The notes below the pieces were generated by a model that saw only the letters and a list, made by a program, of their open reading frames with translations, had not been told where the DNA came from and searched no databases. Positions 1 to 13,184 of a stretch of DNA of 64,000 nucleotides are shown one piece after another. Source of the DNA: Paragordius varius (taxonomy: Eukaryota; Animalia; Nematomorpha); assembly GCA_964247055.1 (NCBI GenBank), contig OZ176052.1:10850001-10914000 (forward strand), in the 5' to 3' direction. Position 1 is the stretch's first letter, and every line of letters starts with the position of its first letter. The translations under genes were made by a program, and so were the position numbers.

Positions 1-510
1 AGTCCTTCAATTCAAATTGGGGTAGTTGGATACCCCAGGCCTGTTTAAAATCAAATAGTTTAAAAAGTATGGAAGCAATCAAAACCATGGCAAAATTTTG
101 CACTTATATAACATTCATAAACCGAAATATATAAAAAATTTTATTCAAAAATACTTGATATTACTTATTTTGAGCTAAAACTAAAAGGTGAAAATTTAGT
201 CAACGTGACATGTGTCAATGCAAAATACACCGCTTTTTCTATTTCTATCAATGTTAGATGTGAATTATATAAAAAATAAGCTTTAGTTTTACCCTTAAAA
301 TTAAATGAAAACGATATTTTGCAAATTTTTTGTAAAATAAAAATGGCGTCGAAGTAGTTTGAGGTGGATTTTTTTTTCAAAACAAAATTTTATCAAGATA
401 TTTTGGCATATTTATATAATATTTATCAGGACCGTTCCTTCAGTAGTTTTTCAAAAATTTTTATTTAAATTTAGTCTGGGGTATTAGATACCCCAATTTG
501 AATCGAAGTG
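1..510 (+). mobile_element. piggyBac-like non-autonomous MITE (family A), left end cut by window edge
   Basis: Ends ...CCCCAATTTGAATCGAAGTG followed by TTAA (511-514). Begins with the inverted subterminal repeat CTTCAATTCAAATTGGGGTA. Colinear and highly similar to 15012-15569. Confidence 0.85.
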
Positions 511-578
511 TTAAAGCAAATGTTTATTAATTTCAATCGACCTCTGAATTTAAAGTTTATATAATATAAATACAATTC

Positions 579-729
579 TAAATTGCTATTTTTAGATAAA
601 CGGAAAAATACCGGAATTTTGTGAATTATTTTAATATACACTGTTTCTGATATAAATTGCTATTTTTAGATAAACGGAAAAATACCGGAATTTTGTGAAT
701 TAAATTTTTAATATACGCTGTTTCTGATA
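579..729. repeat. Near-perfect tandem duplication, two units of ~74-78 bp
   Basis: TAAATTGCTATTTTTAGATAAACGGAAAAATACCGGAATTTTGTGAATT... starts at 579 and again at 653. Confidence 0.9.
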
Positions 730-1384
730 ACAAAAAATATTTCATACATACGTTATAAGGTTAAATTTTTGACAAGTTTGGTAAAGCGTTTTTTATGGAG
801 ATTTGGACCTTGGGGTAAAACACTTTAAGATATTATACATCCATATAATACAATGATTCTATAGATTTTTATCATCTGAGAATTCGATTATCATATATTT
901 ATATTTTAGGGTAGTTTTCTACCCCAGAACGTTTAAATCAAATAATTTAAAAAATTAAGATATTTGACCAGATTTTCAAGTATGCAAAATTTAACATTTT
1001 TGGCAAATGCTGAATATCTTTTTTTTAAACAAGTGTAAAATCCACAAGATCTTTCATAACAAATTTGCCGCCAGTTTTTGGGTTCTTCAAATTACAAACA
1101 GAATAAGCAAAATTATCTAAAAATTAGATTTTTACAATATTATTTTGCTTTTTAAATGTATCATAAATTTTAAGGCATTTTTTGGAATAAAGCATTTAGC
1201 TTTTATTAAATTTTTAAAAACATAACACTGCGTCCAGAATCAGGGAGTAAAAATATATTTCGATGATATATATATTTTTTTTTTGGAAAATATAGCAGGA
1301 TATTATGGTGCTTTTTGTTTACACGTTTAGATTTAATGTATCAAAAGACTTCTGACTTTATTTAAATTGATATAGTAAACTTCA

Positions 1385-1740
1385 ATTCTCTGATTCAAAT
1401 TTGGAATATTATGGACCCTAGGCCTGTTAATCAAATATGTTTAAAAATATGAAACAAATCGATACCATTGCAAAAGCATGCCCTTATATAGCAATGATGC
1501 ACTGAGACACAAAAAAGGATTCAGTCAAAAAACAAGCTTAATTTATGGATGTACCTAAGGTAACATTTAGTCAAGTGGGCATGTTTACATTAGTTAAATA
1601 AAAAACCACCACTATTTCTGTTTAAAAAAATGTGAGATGTGATTTAAAAAAAACTTGCTTTAATTTTTGCATTAGAATTAAATGAACACGATACGAGTTA
1701 ATGTTATTAAAAAATAACTTCGTTGAAGTCGTATTTATAT
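1385..1740 (+). mobile_element. Degenerate copy of family A MITE
   Basis: TGATTCAAATTTGGAAT...CCCTAGGCCTGTT...CCATTGCAAAA...TTTAGTCAAGTG is colinear with the family A left arm but much diverged. Confidence 0.55.
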
Positions 1741-2123
1741 CATTTTTAATAGGATAAAAGCATAAATATAAATTAATAAAAAAATAAGCAATATTCGAAG
1801 ATATAACCCAGATAATTTTTAGTTTGGGACTTATTATAAAATTATATTATGCTTTATAAAATTTTTATCAACCTGTTTGGTAGAAGCTATTCAATAAACC
1901 AAATTACGTGAATTTATATCAGTTATTATAATTAAATAATAAACCATTTTCATAAAAAAGTTTAATTTTTTTATATATGAGCTTCAATTATATTTTTTAG
2001 ATCCAGTAAAATTGCCCAATGAGATAAAGCCAAAATGTCCAGGTTGGGCGACATAGAATTTTAATATATCCTTGCTAGTTATTGCATTACATTACTAAAT
2101 AGCATACTTTACTATAAAATAAA

Positions 2124-2904
2124 CAGGGCTTATAACCGTAACCGGAACCGCATGGAACCGGAACCCGGTTCCTGGGATTTTAGCAAGAACCGGTTCCATT
2201 GGGATGGAATTAACGCGGTTCCGGTTCCAACCGTCTAGGAACCAACCCGGTTCCAGTTCCACCCCCATACTAATTCCCATATGATTTTCATTATAAAATT
2301 TTATTTTATTATTTGAATTTGATTGTGCCACTACATATTTAATACTTCAAACCTAAAACTAAGCGCCTAATATTATATTAGCGATACTCTCTAAATTTTG
2401 GGTGATTCGGCTGTTTTTAATAAAACTAATAGTCATAACTCAAAGTTATTTATAGTACACATGTTAATATATATTGGTCTCCGTTGAAAGGAGTTTTCCC
2501 TTAATTTATTTTCAGACCTGAGAAGCAGTTTAAACAACAAAATGCTTGGTGAAAAAAATTTTAAAGTTAAATAAAGATTTTTTTAGATGCCATACTTCAT
2601 TTAACACTCATTATATACCTTTGTGCTTATACATTTTCCTATTATATTTTTAAAATTTGTTTCATTTATTATGCTAAACTATATTTCTTTCACTATACAT
2701 TTGGCAATTTATAATAAATTGTTTTTATAATTGTTAATATTTTGGTTGGAATATAGTAATAATAATTTTGTAAAATCATTTGATCAAAAGTCAGGAACCG
2801 AAAATGGAACCGGTTCTAAATATAAAGAACCGGTTCCGGTTCTATTTGTTCAGGAACTGCCCCAGTTCCGGTTCCACTTTTTTTTGCACCGGTTCCAAGC
2901 CCTG
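2124..2904. mobile_element. hAT-type MITE with GGAACCGG/CCGGTTCC subterminal repeats
   Basis: TIR CAGGGCTT...AAGCCCTG. 8-bp flanks AAAATAAA (2116-2123) and ATAATAAA (2905-2912), 1 mismatch. Dense AACCGG repeats in both arms. Confidence 0.8.
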
Positions 2905-4855
2905 ATAATAAATTTTAATTTGTGCAAACTTCGCATAGTTTGATGCCAAGAAATTGTAAAAAAAACACTTTGTTATAAAAACTTTTCTACCTAAATCGTC
3001 GCTTAACTTTAAAGCCTAATATAATCAAAATGTTAGCCGATAGAAACAGTTTAAAAACGCTTTTAGAAATTACAAAAACATTTTTTCTTTATAATTCGAT
3101 AATGCTGAACATTTCTATTGCTTCAGAATTTTAATTAAAGATTCGTTTGCCTCTAATTTTGGTGACTTCTGTAAAAAAACCCATTATATTTCAACGCACA
3201 TTTTAAGACGAACAGATATTTTAATCGAAATTCTGAGGTGAAATTCATCGAATTACCTAGAAGATAAATTTTGACAATATTTAAAAACGCGTTCCATTAT
3301 GCCTTAAAATAGTATGAAGTATACTTCAACAAAATCTTTGAAAAAGTATTTTTAGTTGATATCAAAATTAAGCTTTTTTAAACCTTTTTATCGCGATTAT
3401 CGGCATTTTTGCGTTTATTTAGAGAAAACTAGCCCATTTTCGAAGAAAAAATGTTTTTGGAGCTTACATCTAAAAATTAAAATATTTTAAAAACATATTT
3501 TTGTTTTATGTGTTTTCTGATATTAGTGATATTTTTTTGAATGCAGCATTTAGCTTTTACCAAAAAAGATTATTTCTAAAACTGTGAGCAAATTTTTCCA
3601 TTTTTGACATGGAGAACTTACTACAAGTATAAATAACCGTAGGAGCCAAAACTAGAACCACCAATTATAATCCTGATACATTATTCTATCAATATATATA
3701 TCTCATCAGGAATTTTCATGTACACTGTGATATTAAGCAACACAACCAAATTTATTAAATGGTCAATGAATTAACTATTGGTTGATTTGTTTTAGCTGAA
3801 ATACGAAATATGGCTAAAATATTTATCTTAAACCAATCACCAATTCTTCAACATTTGTGCAAATTTTATATGGTATTAAATGAGAAAAAAATGTAAACCA
3901 GAGTAATGAATCAGTTCTTTTAATAAATAATAATATATCATCATTTATTGTTTGATAAAAAATATATGTTTTATAATAATTGACTTGATGTGCATATACC
4001 GATAAAATAGGCTGACTATAACGCAATATAACAATAATAATTTTAATTTAATTGTATATAAAAATATTCCAGGTATGATGTAATCTGATGGTGTTAAAAA
4101 TTGCCTATTGCGATGTTGCCTCTTGAGATATAAAAAATTCTTCTCTAATCAACCCAAAATCGGTTTTGTTTATATATATTTATAACAGTATTTTGTGGAT
4201 TCTTTTTTTACAAAATATACATATTAATGGATAAAAGTATAAAATATCACATACTGAAGTAATTGATTGGTGCATGAATTATAATTATATTTCATATATA
4301 ACTGTAAATGAATTAAATCACAGAATCAAAATATAAAAAAATCACAGGTATTATACAGTTAGAGAATTTTAATCTTTATCTATATATGTAGATATTTAAA
4401 AATGGAGGTACAGGCATGTATGATGTCTAATTCTAATTGATTGGGTTTAAAAATATAGTTTTTATACTCTATTACTTATTTGACATAAATAAAAATAAAT
4501 TATCCATAAGTCTGATATAAATGTGCAATAATTATAATAAAATTTTTGCATGTAATACTCTAATTTGATATAATATTGTTTTTTTTCGTAATAAATGATT
4601 TTTTAAAATAGAGCTATGACTAAATGATGAATATTTAATTATTATTTCTAATTTATATTGGCTAAATTTAATTATAAATTATATTATTTTATCATATTTA
4701 TCATTAATGATAACAAAAATATAGTTTAAACAAATGAGATAATATCAGAATAAATTTTTAATAGTTTTTTTACAAAAAGAGTTTAAAAAATATACAGATA
4801 TCTTAAGGGATTGCGATTCGTTAAATACTGTAAATTGTGTTGAAAGAATTACTAT

Positions 4856-7800
4856 TTATACAATCATCTGCGATTGATATCTTTGTCTTTCTATTGAACT
4901 TGATTGGGATTTTGGTACAACGTATAACTGGCCTTCGTTAGAAATTTGCAATGTGTATTCCTATAATGATGTAAATATCAACATAAAATCATATTTTGGC
5001 ATAGATTCATTAAACAGCATCCTTTTTCTTTTATTTAATTTTATATAATAAAATTGAGTATTCTAAAAATATCAAGTTAATCTAACTTAGGAGGCATCTT
5101 GATAATTTTACAAAAAACGGTCAAACAACTCTAGTAAAACATATGATCCTCACAATTTTTTTAAAAAAATATACAGTTTAGAGTCTCTTTTTTCCTTCTT
5201 TTGAAGGTAAGGACTTGAATTTGTATCCGGACCTGTAAAGGCTTTAACCTTCGCCTGGCCAGGGCTGACAGTGATGATGGAAAAATTGCAGAGTTTCGGG
5301 GTTCGAACTCTAGCACGCAGTGTAAGAGTCCGATGCCCTACCTACTATACCATCATTTAAACTCAATACAATACGGGTAAGCATATCCACATGAAAATAA
5401 AAATATTTTGGTTAAAAACTCTATGCAATAAAGATAAAAAATTTGAATAGAACGGAGGTATTTTAGTCCGTTTATAACTATAATTTATAAAATTAACAAA
5501 TTAGGCGATAACTTAATATGCACCCTTTTCCATAATTGTCATTCACGATCAATACAAGTCAATAAATGCATGGATGTTGGACATTTGATAAATCTCCATT
5601 ATATATTATATTGTGCATTAAATCCACAAGGATTAATGTTTTATATCTATCTTTTGTCAATCAATTATCGTTTAGTTATTACAAATAATTTAGAATTGTT
5701 CATCATATTTTTGTTACCTATGGTGTCGGTTCGTAATTTTTTTAAATTATTTATCATTATTAAACGGTGGATAGCATAAATTACATTTTGTTTGATTATT
5801 TTTGCAAGTAGCCCATATATATATACTCGCATCAACAACATATTTTGTAATATAATTCTTACTTTTGAGTTGTAAGGCTGTCCATTGGGAGATTGCATGG
5901 AACTCAATATTTGAGTAGATAATTCCTCATATTTGCAATGATATTGGGCCAGTTCGTGTTCCAAATTCATATTTTCCCTTAAAAGCTCTATCTTCACACT
6001 TTGTAGTCTATCTACACCCCGTTCAAGATCCAATATACCTAACCAAAATTAAAAATTTTATATTTAATATTGTCAAAAACATATAGTCATACTCATAAAT
6101 TATACCAGGTTATTACAATGAGAAGGTTAATCAGATATAAATTTTCAAAAAAACTGAACCTGTGGCAAATTTCGTCCTGATTCCAAGACACAATTAATAA
6201 ATAAATTTATATTAATTAGAATAATCCAAAAGTATACCGTCAATTTTTCGTTTGCGACAATTTTGAGCGGCAACCTTATTTTTTCCACGCCGCCTTATGT
6301 CCCGGATCAAGCTGATTTGTGTCTCAGTCAAATTGTGTTTCCTTAACATGTCAGAGAACTCATCGATTGGACAATATATAATTTCGTCAATGCTAAACGG
6401 AATTTTATAGGATTCAGCCCGACGTTGATCTCTTGAACGGGCTGTAATACTGCCTCCCGTGCCCAATGTTATGATTTGAGAACCATACACTAAAGAAGAA
6501 TTTGCCAAGCTATTACTGAAGTAAGGGTTAGTTACAAAACTACCACTGTTGTTATTTAAGTTATTATAGGGGTTAGCGAAATTGTCGCAAGAATTATTTA
6601 GGCCAATCCCAGTTGATTGAAATTGTGGTCCATTACTTAAATACCTCGGTAGACACAGATTTTGTCCGTGGTTTTGGATTAAGTTTTGTTTGGTTGCAGA
6701 ATTAATATTTGTGGGAGTCATCAGACTAGATTCATTGTTACTATTTTCAAATTGAAGATTTGCAAAATTATTATCATTGATATTTATACTGTTGGGGTTG
6801 TTGTTATTGATTATAGAAAGGTTTTTAACATTTTTTACCAAACTACCATTATTTATTGGTAGAGGAGAAGGGTTGATTGCTAAATTTAATGGGTAGTAAC
6901 CATAACCACCTATGAAACCGTTATTTAAATTTTTGACATTGGTTGAAGCAAAAAAATCATGGTATTTATTTTTTAATGAATTCGCACCCAAATTGATTTG
7001 CGCCGGGTTATTAGATATGGAAACTTGATCAACAAGATTAGGAGATTGATTCGGTATATTTGAGTGCATTGCATTTAGAAGGAAAGGTGTGTTCATCTTT
7101 TGGTGATTTATGGGCATTTTATAAAATTTGTTTTTAGACAAATTATTTAAAACTGTAAAATTTTTGGGATTTAAAGTGCCATCAACTTTTTGATTTATAT
7201 GAGAGGTATCACCTAAAGATGTGTTGGACAAATTTTTATCAGCTGTTGTGTCATTTACGTTGGATGTTTCCGTAAAGTACTTGATTAAATTTGAAGTACG
7301 CTGTAATAATTTTGTCGATATATTGTTTTTATCATTTGCGTTAGAAGAAGTTTTGTTTTGGGGTTCAATATCCTTCAAAGTTTGGTATTCTGGGTTATTG
7401 TTTGCGGTTGAGTTAGCTGTAAAATGTTTTAACAACTGTTCTTGTTGCAATTCTTCGTCGCTAAATACCATTAAGGCCGAAGCATTATTACTACTACTAT
7501 TGATTACGCCATTTGAATTGGTCTGATTATGAATGTAATTGTTGGCTTTAACCGTATTATTTGTTGGGTCTTTGTAATTTTCCAGAACTTTATTGGTAAC
7601 AGCAAGGGACGATGATAGGGGAGATAAAGCTGTATCAGATATAATGTTATCTACAGAGAATGTGGAAATTGAAGTTGTAAGTAAGGTATTATTATGTGAT
7701 TCTAACGAAGAATTGATTGTGCATATACTATTATTATCATTTTTAATTTCTTCCCGCTTAATCTTGTCGTTGGGAAAACCTGAGTAATCATCAAAAGGGT

Positions 7801-9513
7801 GTAATTGGGAGGGGAGATTCACCATAAACCTTTGTATATTTTCGAAGGAATCCCGATATGTGCAATTCTATTATACAAACAACATATAATTTTATAAACC
7901 CGCATAAAAACTTGGTAATGAAAAATCATGCCAAAATATCGAAGTATAAGTAAAAAATATGACAATTCAATTGGCATTTTTAGTTTTGGGGCCTGATCAA
8001 TTATAAAGTCTTATAAGTTGTGCTTAAATTAAGTTTATACGTAATTGGTGGATTGATATTTATTGAACCGAAGCCGACGTTTTGGCTAGTATTCTGATGT
8101 TATTGATATCTTAAAAGAGTTTTGGTTTAATTAAGTATTTGTTAAAACTTAAATACACTAAAAAATACGCGTTGAAATATGGTACGACTTCGATTTTGGA
8201 GTGTAATTTTAACTGACTTATGGGGTAATTTTAAAAGCGGCGACTTTTAACCGCGGGCGAAGTTTTTAGGAGATTTTAAAAAATTCAGTAAAAATTTTAT
8301 CTCAATCTCATACATTTATAAATATTTTTGATATAATATTTGGTTGCTTATATACATTAATTTTGTATGAAATTACTTATAAAAAGCTATAGGCAGCAAA
8401 ATGGAAAATTCCCGATAAAATTATACTTACCGACATCATTGCATCTTCTTTCAAAAATTTATTCTCAGTCAAATTCAAATTTTGCAGAGTCGAATTCGAC
8501 AAATTTATATCTAATAGATGAAGATTATTAAAGCTTTCACAACAACCAAATTGTTCAGAGCTATGGTTTTTTTCATTGTTATCTTGGTTGGTAGGAGTAT
8601 TGAAATAGGATAGTATGTTGTTTGAATTGGCAAGATCCATCTTTGTTAATTCAAGAGACGATTTCTCATTAGGATTTGTTGCGACGTTTGTTTCACCAAT
8701 TTCATTGAGTTGGGAACAAGAAAGTCTTGTTGTATTATTGTGATTATTATTGTGTTTCCCTTCGCATCTGAAACCACTTTGGGTGTAGGACATGGAAGCA
8801 TGCCTGTCCTTACAGGGCGTTGGTGGAGGGGTTATTATATCATTCATATTGTCAATTATTTGTTGGTGTTTTGGAGTAGATGTGCCATTCAAAAAACCAT
8901 TTTCAGATTGTCCATTCCCACTGCAAGTTACTAGCGACGTTTCGCAACACTTGTTTAATATGTTGGAAACACTTGCGTTAACATCATCCATATCAAGGTA
9001 GGGTAATATCGTAGATTGTTCAATATCATCCAAACTTGAAGCTCCCATGGATGTCGATAATACATTTTCTCTCGTTATTGGTACCGTTGTTAGTACCTTC
9101 GTTAATGTTGAATCGTCTGTGTGTTTTATATCGGTTGTTTCTTGTATGGTTGTCGTTACATGTCCCATAGTAGTACATGTAGATTCGTTAATGCCTTCAT
9201 CAGATATCGAAACTTTGAGATGGCGGTATTCGTTGTGATTGATTAAACCCAATGAGTTTGGATAAAACGATTTCTTGATCGGACTACCCCCATTTAGGGT
9301 TGACGATGAAGCATACCCAGCATCAGACGAAGATGATCCATCTCGACGCCCTTGAGTTTTTGGCTGTTCTTGTGAGGGATCTGTCTCAATTTCTTCATTA
9401 AACAAAAGTGGGTAATCAATGTTATGACTGACCAGTAAATCATGTGAATCATCCTTACTGATATGAGTTGTGGGGGTAGGAGCGGTGTTAATGAGATCTT
9501 CTATGAATTCCAT
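4856..9513 (-). CDS. cnc: CNC-family bZIP transcription factor (NFE2L/Nrf/cnc homolog), ~997 aa
   Basis: Predicted exons 9513-8431, 7867-6238, 6038-5863, 4960-4856; all junctions GT-AG and phase-consistent. Contains [42 protein letters not shown] (CNC basic region), the zipper, and the Neh3-like tail [18 protein letters not shown]. Further 5' exons are possible. Confidence 0.9.
5290..5356 (-). mobile_element. tRNA-derived SINE head or tRNA pseudogene in the last cnc intron
   Basis: Minus strand has A-box-like TGGTATAGTAGGTAG and B-box-like GAGTTCGAACC at tRNA-like spacing, but no coherent anticodon stem. Confidence 0.45.
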
Positions 9514-9927
9514 GTTGCATATAGGTGAGTGTTTTGGGTGTATTAGTTACATGTTTGGACACATCACTAAAAGCATATAAATTATTTATGTGATTAAAAT
9601 ATTATAAAAATAATCATATCTCAGTCAATGGTTTTAATCTTTGAATTTAAAAACATAAAAACTATGAATTTCGAATACTAAAAAGGCACCTCCATAATAA
9701 ATTAAAAATTATTCAGGATGGCTGGGCTCATAATGCCAATTGATTCGTTAAGCACAAATACAACTGTTCGCGGGCCAGCTCGAGTTTACTTTAATTTTAT
9801 AAACAATATTTTTTGTGTAATTCTTATTTCGATTATTGTATTCAAATTCTTTCAAACTATGGGTTTGAAGAAAACTTATCCAAACAAAATAATCAGACAA
9901 AATACCCAACTCTATATTTTGAACATT

Positions 9928-10116
9928 AATCCTGAAATGTCTCTACTTGGCAGCATAATATGCCAAAATCTCTCCTGCTTCGGCCACATTATGAGATCCA
10001 CACTCGAAAAGTCACTGCTTGGTGCTCGTAAAAGAGGAAGAAGAACTCGCAGGATGGATAACATCCTTATAGAAACAAACCAAACATTAGCCGAACTAAA
10101 CGAGTATTCACAATAA
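9928..10116 (+). mobile_element. 3' fragment of an RTE-clade LINE ORF
   Basis: Translates PEMSLLGSIICQNLSCFGHIMRSTLEKSLLGARKRGRRTRRMDNI, resembling the RTE/BovB C-terminal pattern LxYFGHxMR...SLEKxxxLG...RxRGRxRxRWxD. Confidence 0.75.
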
Positions 10117-10279
10117 GTTAGTTAATCGGAATCGACCTTAGCAACAAACAAATGGGGAAGGTAATTTATTTTTAAACTCCTTTAATAGGATTAAAAACTT
10201 TGTTCAAAAATTTTAAGGTCATTTAACTGAAATTTGACCGGTTCACATAAAATTCTAGTAGCGCCACTAATGTTTAATG

Positions 10280-10821
10280 CAGAGATGTTCAACGAAATGG
10301 CTTGGCGGGCCGCATTTTTAACTCAAAAAACGGGGGACCGTATTGCAAAAATTACAACAGATGGACAATAATTATTTTATTATATTCAATTTTGAGGCTT
10401 TAAAGAAGTTTAAAACCAGGATATATCTGCTAATTATTATAAGTTAGTTCATTTTCATAATTAGGAAAATCAACACGTTAGTTTAACATCAATAAAAAAA
10501 TTAAATCTAACGGTTTAATATTTGAATAAATAATTTTTGGCCTAATATATTAGTACGTTTCAAAATTCATAAAAGTTAATATGTGGTATGTAAATAAATA
10601 TTTAACGGCTTTGAGATAACTTATAAGCGAATAATGGTCTTAATAAACAAAATAGATATAATCAATAAAAAAATATTTTAATGTAAATGATATAAATTTT
10701 GTACTTTTACTAAGATATTTGATAAAATAATGTTTTTATTTGGTTATTTTTTAAAAAAATTTCGCAAGCCGTATATTTTTTGGATCGCGTGTGGCCCGCT
10801 GGCCGCATGTTGGGCACTTTG
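10280..10821. mobile_element. hAT (Buster/Charlie-like) MITE
   Basis: Ends CAGAGATGTTCAAC and GTTGGGCACTTTG, with GCGGGCCGCA/TGGCCCGC subterminal motifs. Flanks GTTTAATG / GTTTAAGT (nnnTAnnn). Confidence 0.7.
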
Positions 10822-11847
10822 GTTTAAGTATAACGCAAGATTGTGTTATAAATAAACTCAATATTGCAAAAATATAATCATTAACATATAATTTTCATAA
10901 CTAATTTAACATTACTTTATTTATAACACCGAAAATCTAATATATATTAAATTAAAAATAATAAATTATATTAGTATATTTGCAGCCAATTTTTTTGAAA
11001 AAAAAACGTTTTTAATGATTAAGCGTTATAAATATAAAGAATGAATATGGTAAATTAGAGAATACCTATGTGTAATAGAATAAGCTTGGTGGTATAGGGT
11101 AGATCGCAATAAAATACTATATCACAATGAATGGGCAGTGTTGAATCACAGATAAGTATATAAACGACAATTTTTTGGTCACAAATTAATTTTTGCAAAT
11201 TATCACAGCGGATATTTAATTGATTTTATTTTAGCTTTATTTCATTAATTACCATCAATTATCAATTTTTTATTTAATATATTTCAAATAAAATGGCAAG
11301 AAAAAAGTAAAAACGAAGATGATAAAAGATAGTGTATGCACTACGCAAGAGAAACGAATCGAAATGTATTTTAGTAGGGCATGCGCGCGCGTACTTTTAC
11401 TTTTTTTACGATATTGTAATATTTTTGCCTCAATACTATAAATAAGAAGACCCATACATACATACATACTCTATTCTTTAAATTTTATCTTTACACATAC
11501 CTAACTTAACCCTTCTGGGTTTATAAACATACGCACACACCACAAAACCTGAATAATTGTCAACATTATTATTAAAAAGGGGGGTTTGTGGTTTATATCT
11601 ATACTATCTAAATATAGTTTTTATAAGGTTGTGTTTATTAATTGTTAACAAAGGTGTGCAACCTCAATAATTGTTTTATATTCGATGTTTGATCATTTCT
11701 TAGTCAAATTTATAACATTTTATTCTAATATTGTAAATAGACGATATCGTGGGTATAATACGCAAAACCACAAAATGTATACCGTTTTTATAAAAGCTAA
11801 CTTTGCCTTCGGGTTTAATGTGTATGAAAGGGAAATTGAGAAAAAAC

Positions 11848-11857
11848 GCTGAGTCAT
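11848..11857 (-). promoter_or_regulatory. ARE / CNC-sMaf binding element upstream of cnc
   Basis: GCTGAGTCAT = ATGACTCAGC on the minus strand, an exact RTGAYnnnGC match with an AP-1 core. Lies ~2.3 kb 5' of the first predicted coding exon. Confidence 0.4.
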
Positions 11858-12794
11858 ATATTATAATACTAAATATATATATTATGCGTTCGTACATTAT
11901 TGATTAATTTCATGCTTTATATATAAGCATGTATGTCAAAAAGCACTACACTTTGTGTGTATGATGTATCTTTTACCCTCTATTTTTGCAGCGATAAATA
12001 TAATATAAACCCTAAGGCATATTATATGTAATAATAAATTTCAAGGTCACACGCGCTTTATAAAAAAGTAAGTAGTATTGAGTATATATTGGAAAATTAT
12101 ATTAGATACACTAAGATATAAATAAGAGATAATTGTGTGGTTGTTGGCCCTTATTCAAATTGGCTCATATCCCGCCCCATTGCGTTATGTTTATTTGTTG
12201 ACAATATTGTAGCAAAAGAGAATAATGCAATGGTTACTATAAATATATATGACCTACTTTGATCTTGTTTAAACAAATGAAGGGCCAACTGATTGCGGTC
12301 AAATTCTAAATATATCACAAATATAGAGATATATATAGCGTTGAGTCTGACCGGTTTTCAATGCACTCATGACCGTGAAAAGCACACAATAGAGTTTAAA
12401 CGCCGTTTGTGAATATATAAATATGATATAATGGCATAAACTTTTATTAAATTTAAATTTTATTGAATCCATCAATTGTTTTTGTTATCATATAATTCAA
12501 ACTATATAAACCGATTTAAACGGTGGGCTTTATTTAATTTGGTTTACAGCAAGATATATATTTCTGTGGGAAAGATAACTAGCAACATCAATGCAGCCAG
12601 CCGGTAAGAAACCAAACCCTATGGGTAGTTTGTAGGTTCTAATTTTAAAAATTGGTGATGGAATAATGGATGCTTTCTTTATTTAAATTTGAATAGTTAA
12701 AATGGTTATTTCTTTTAATTTAGTTATGATATGGTATAGAAATAAAATAATACTGATACTGAACAATAACTCCGCAGTTTAATAAAATTTATTT

Positions 12795-13184
12795 AGGAAA
12801 AAAAGTTACACATCAAAATAACTGGACGCCATTTTTATTTTTCAACATTTTTGCAAATATCGTGTTTAATTGATTCTAATGCTAACATTCGAGTTAAATT
12901 TTTGGTTAAACTAAAGATTAAAATTCAAATAAACAGTTAAAGTGGTTAATATTGCATTTTTATTTTTGGATAATGTTCATATGTCGCGACTAAGTTTTAT
13001 CTTTAGGTTAATCAAAATAAGTAATTTAAAGTTTTGTTGAAGTTTTTTATACTTCGGTGCATCAATGTTATATAAACGCATTTGCAATAGTTCCATATTT
13101 TTTGGATATTTGAAAACAGGCCTGGGGTCCCCAATGACCCCAATTTAAATCGGAGGACTGAAATGTATGTGTTGTATCTAAGTG
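12795..13184 (-). mobile_element. Family A piggyBac-like MITE, partial, inverted
   Basis: Ends CCCAATTTAAATCGGAGGACTGAAATGTATGTGTTGTATCTAAGTG plus TTAA (13185-13188). Left boundary approximate. Confidence 0.75.

Noticed and set aside
5665-5862. Read-through C-terminus of cnc suggested by the 122-aa ORF
   Set aside because: A GTAAGA donor at 5862 and a downstream exon (4960-4856) matching the conserved CNC C-terminus show this stretch is intronic.
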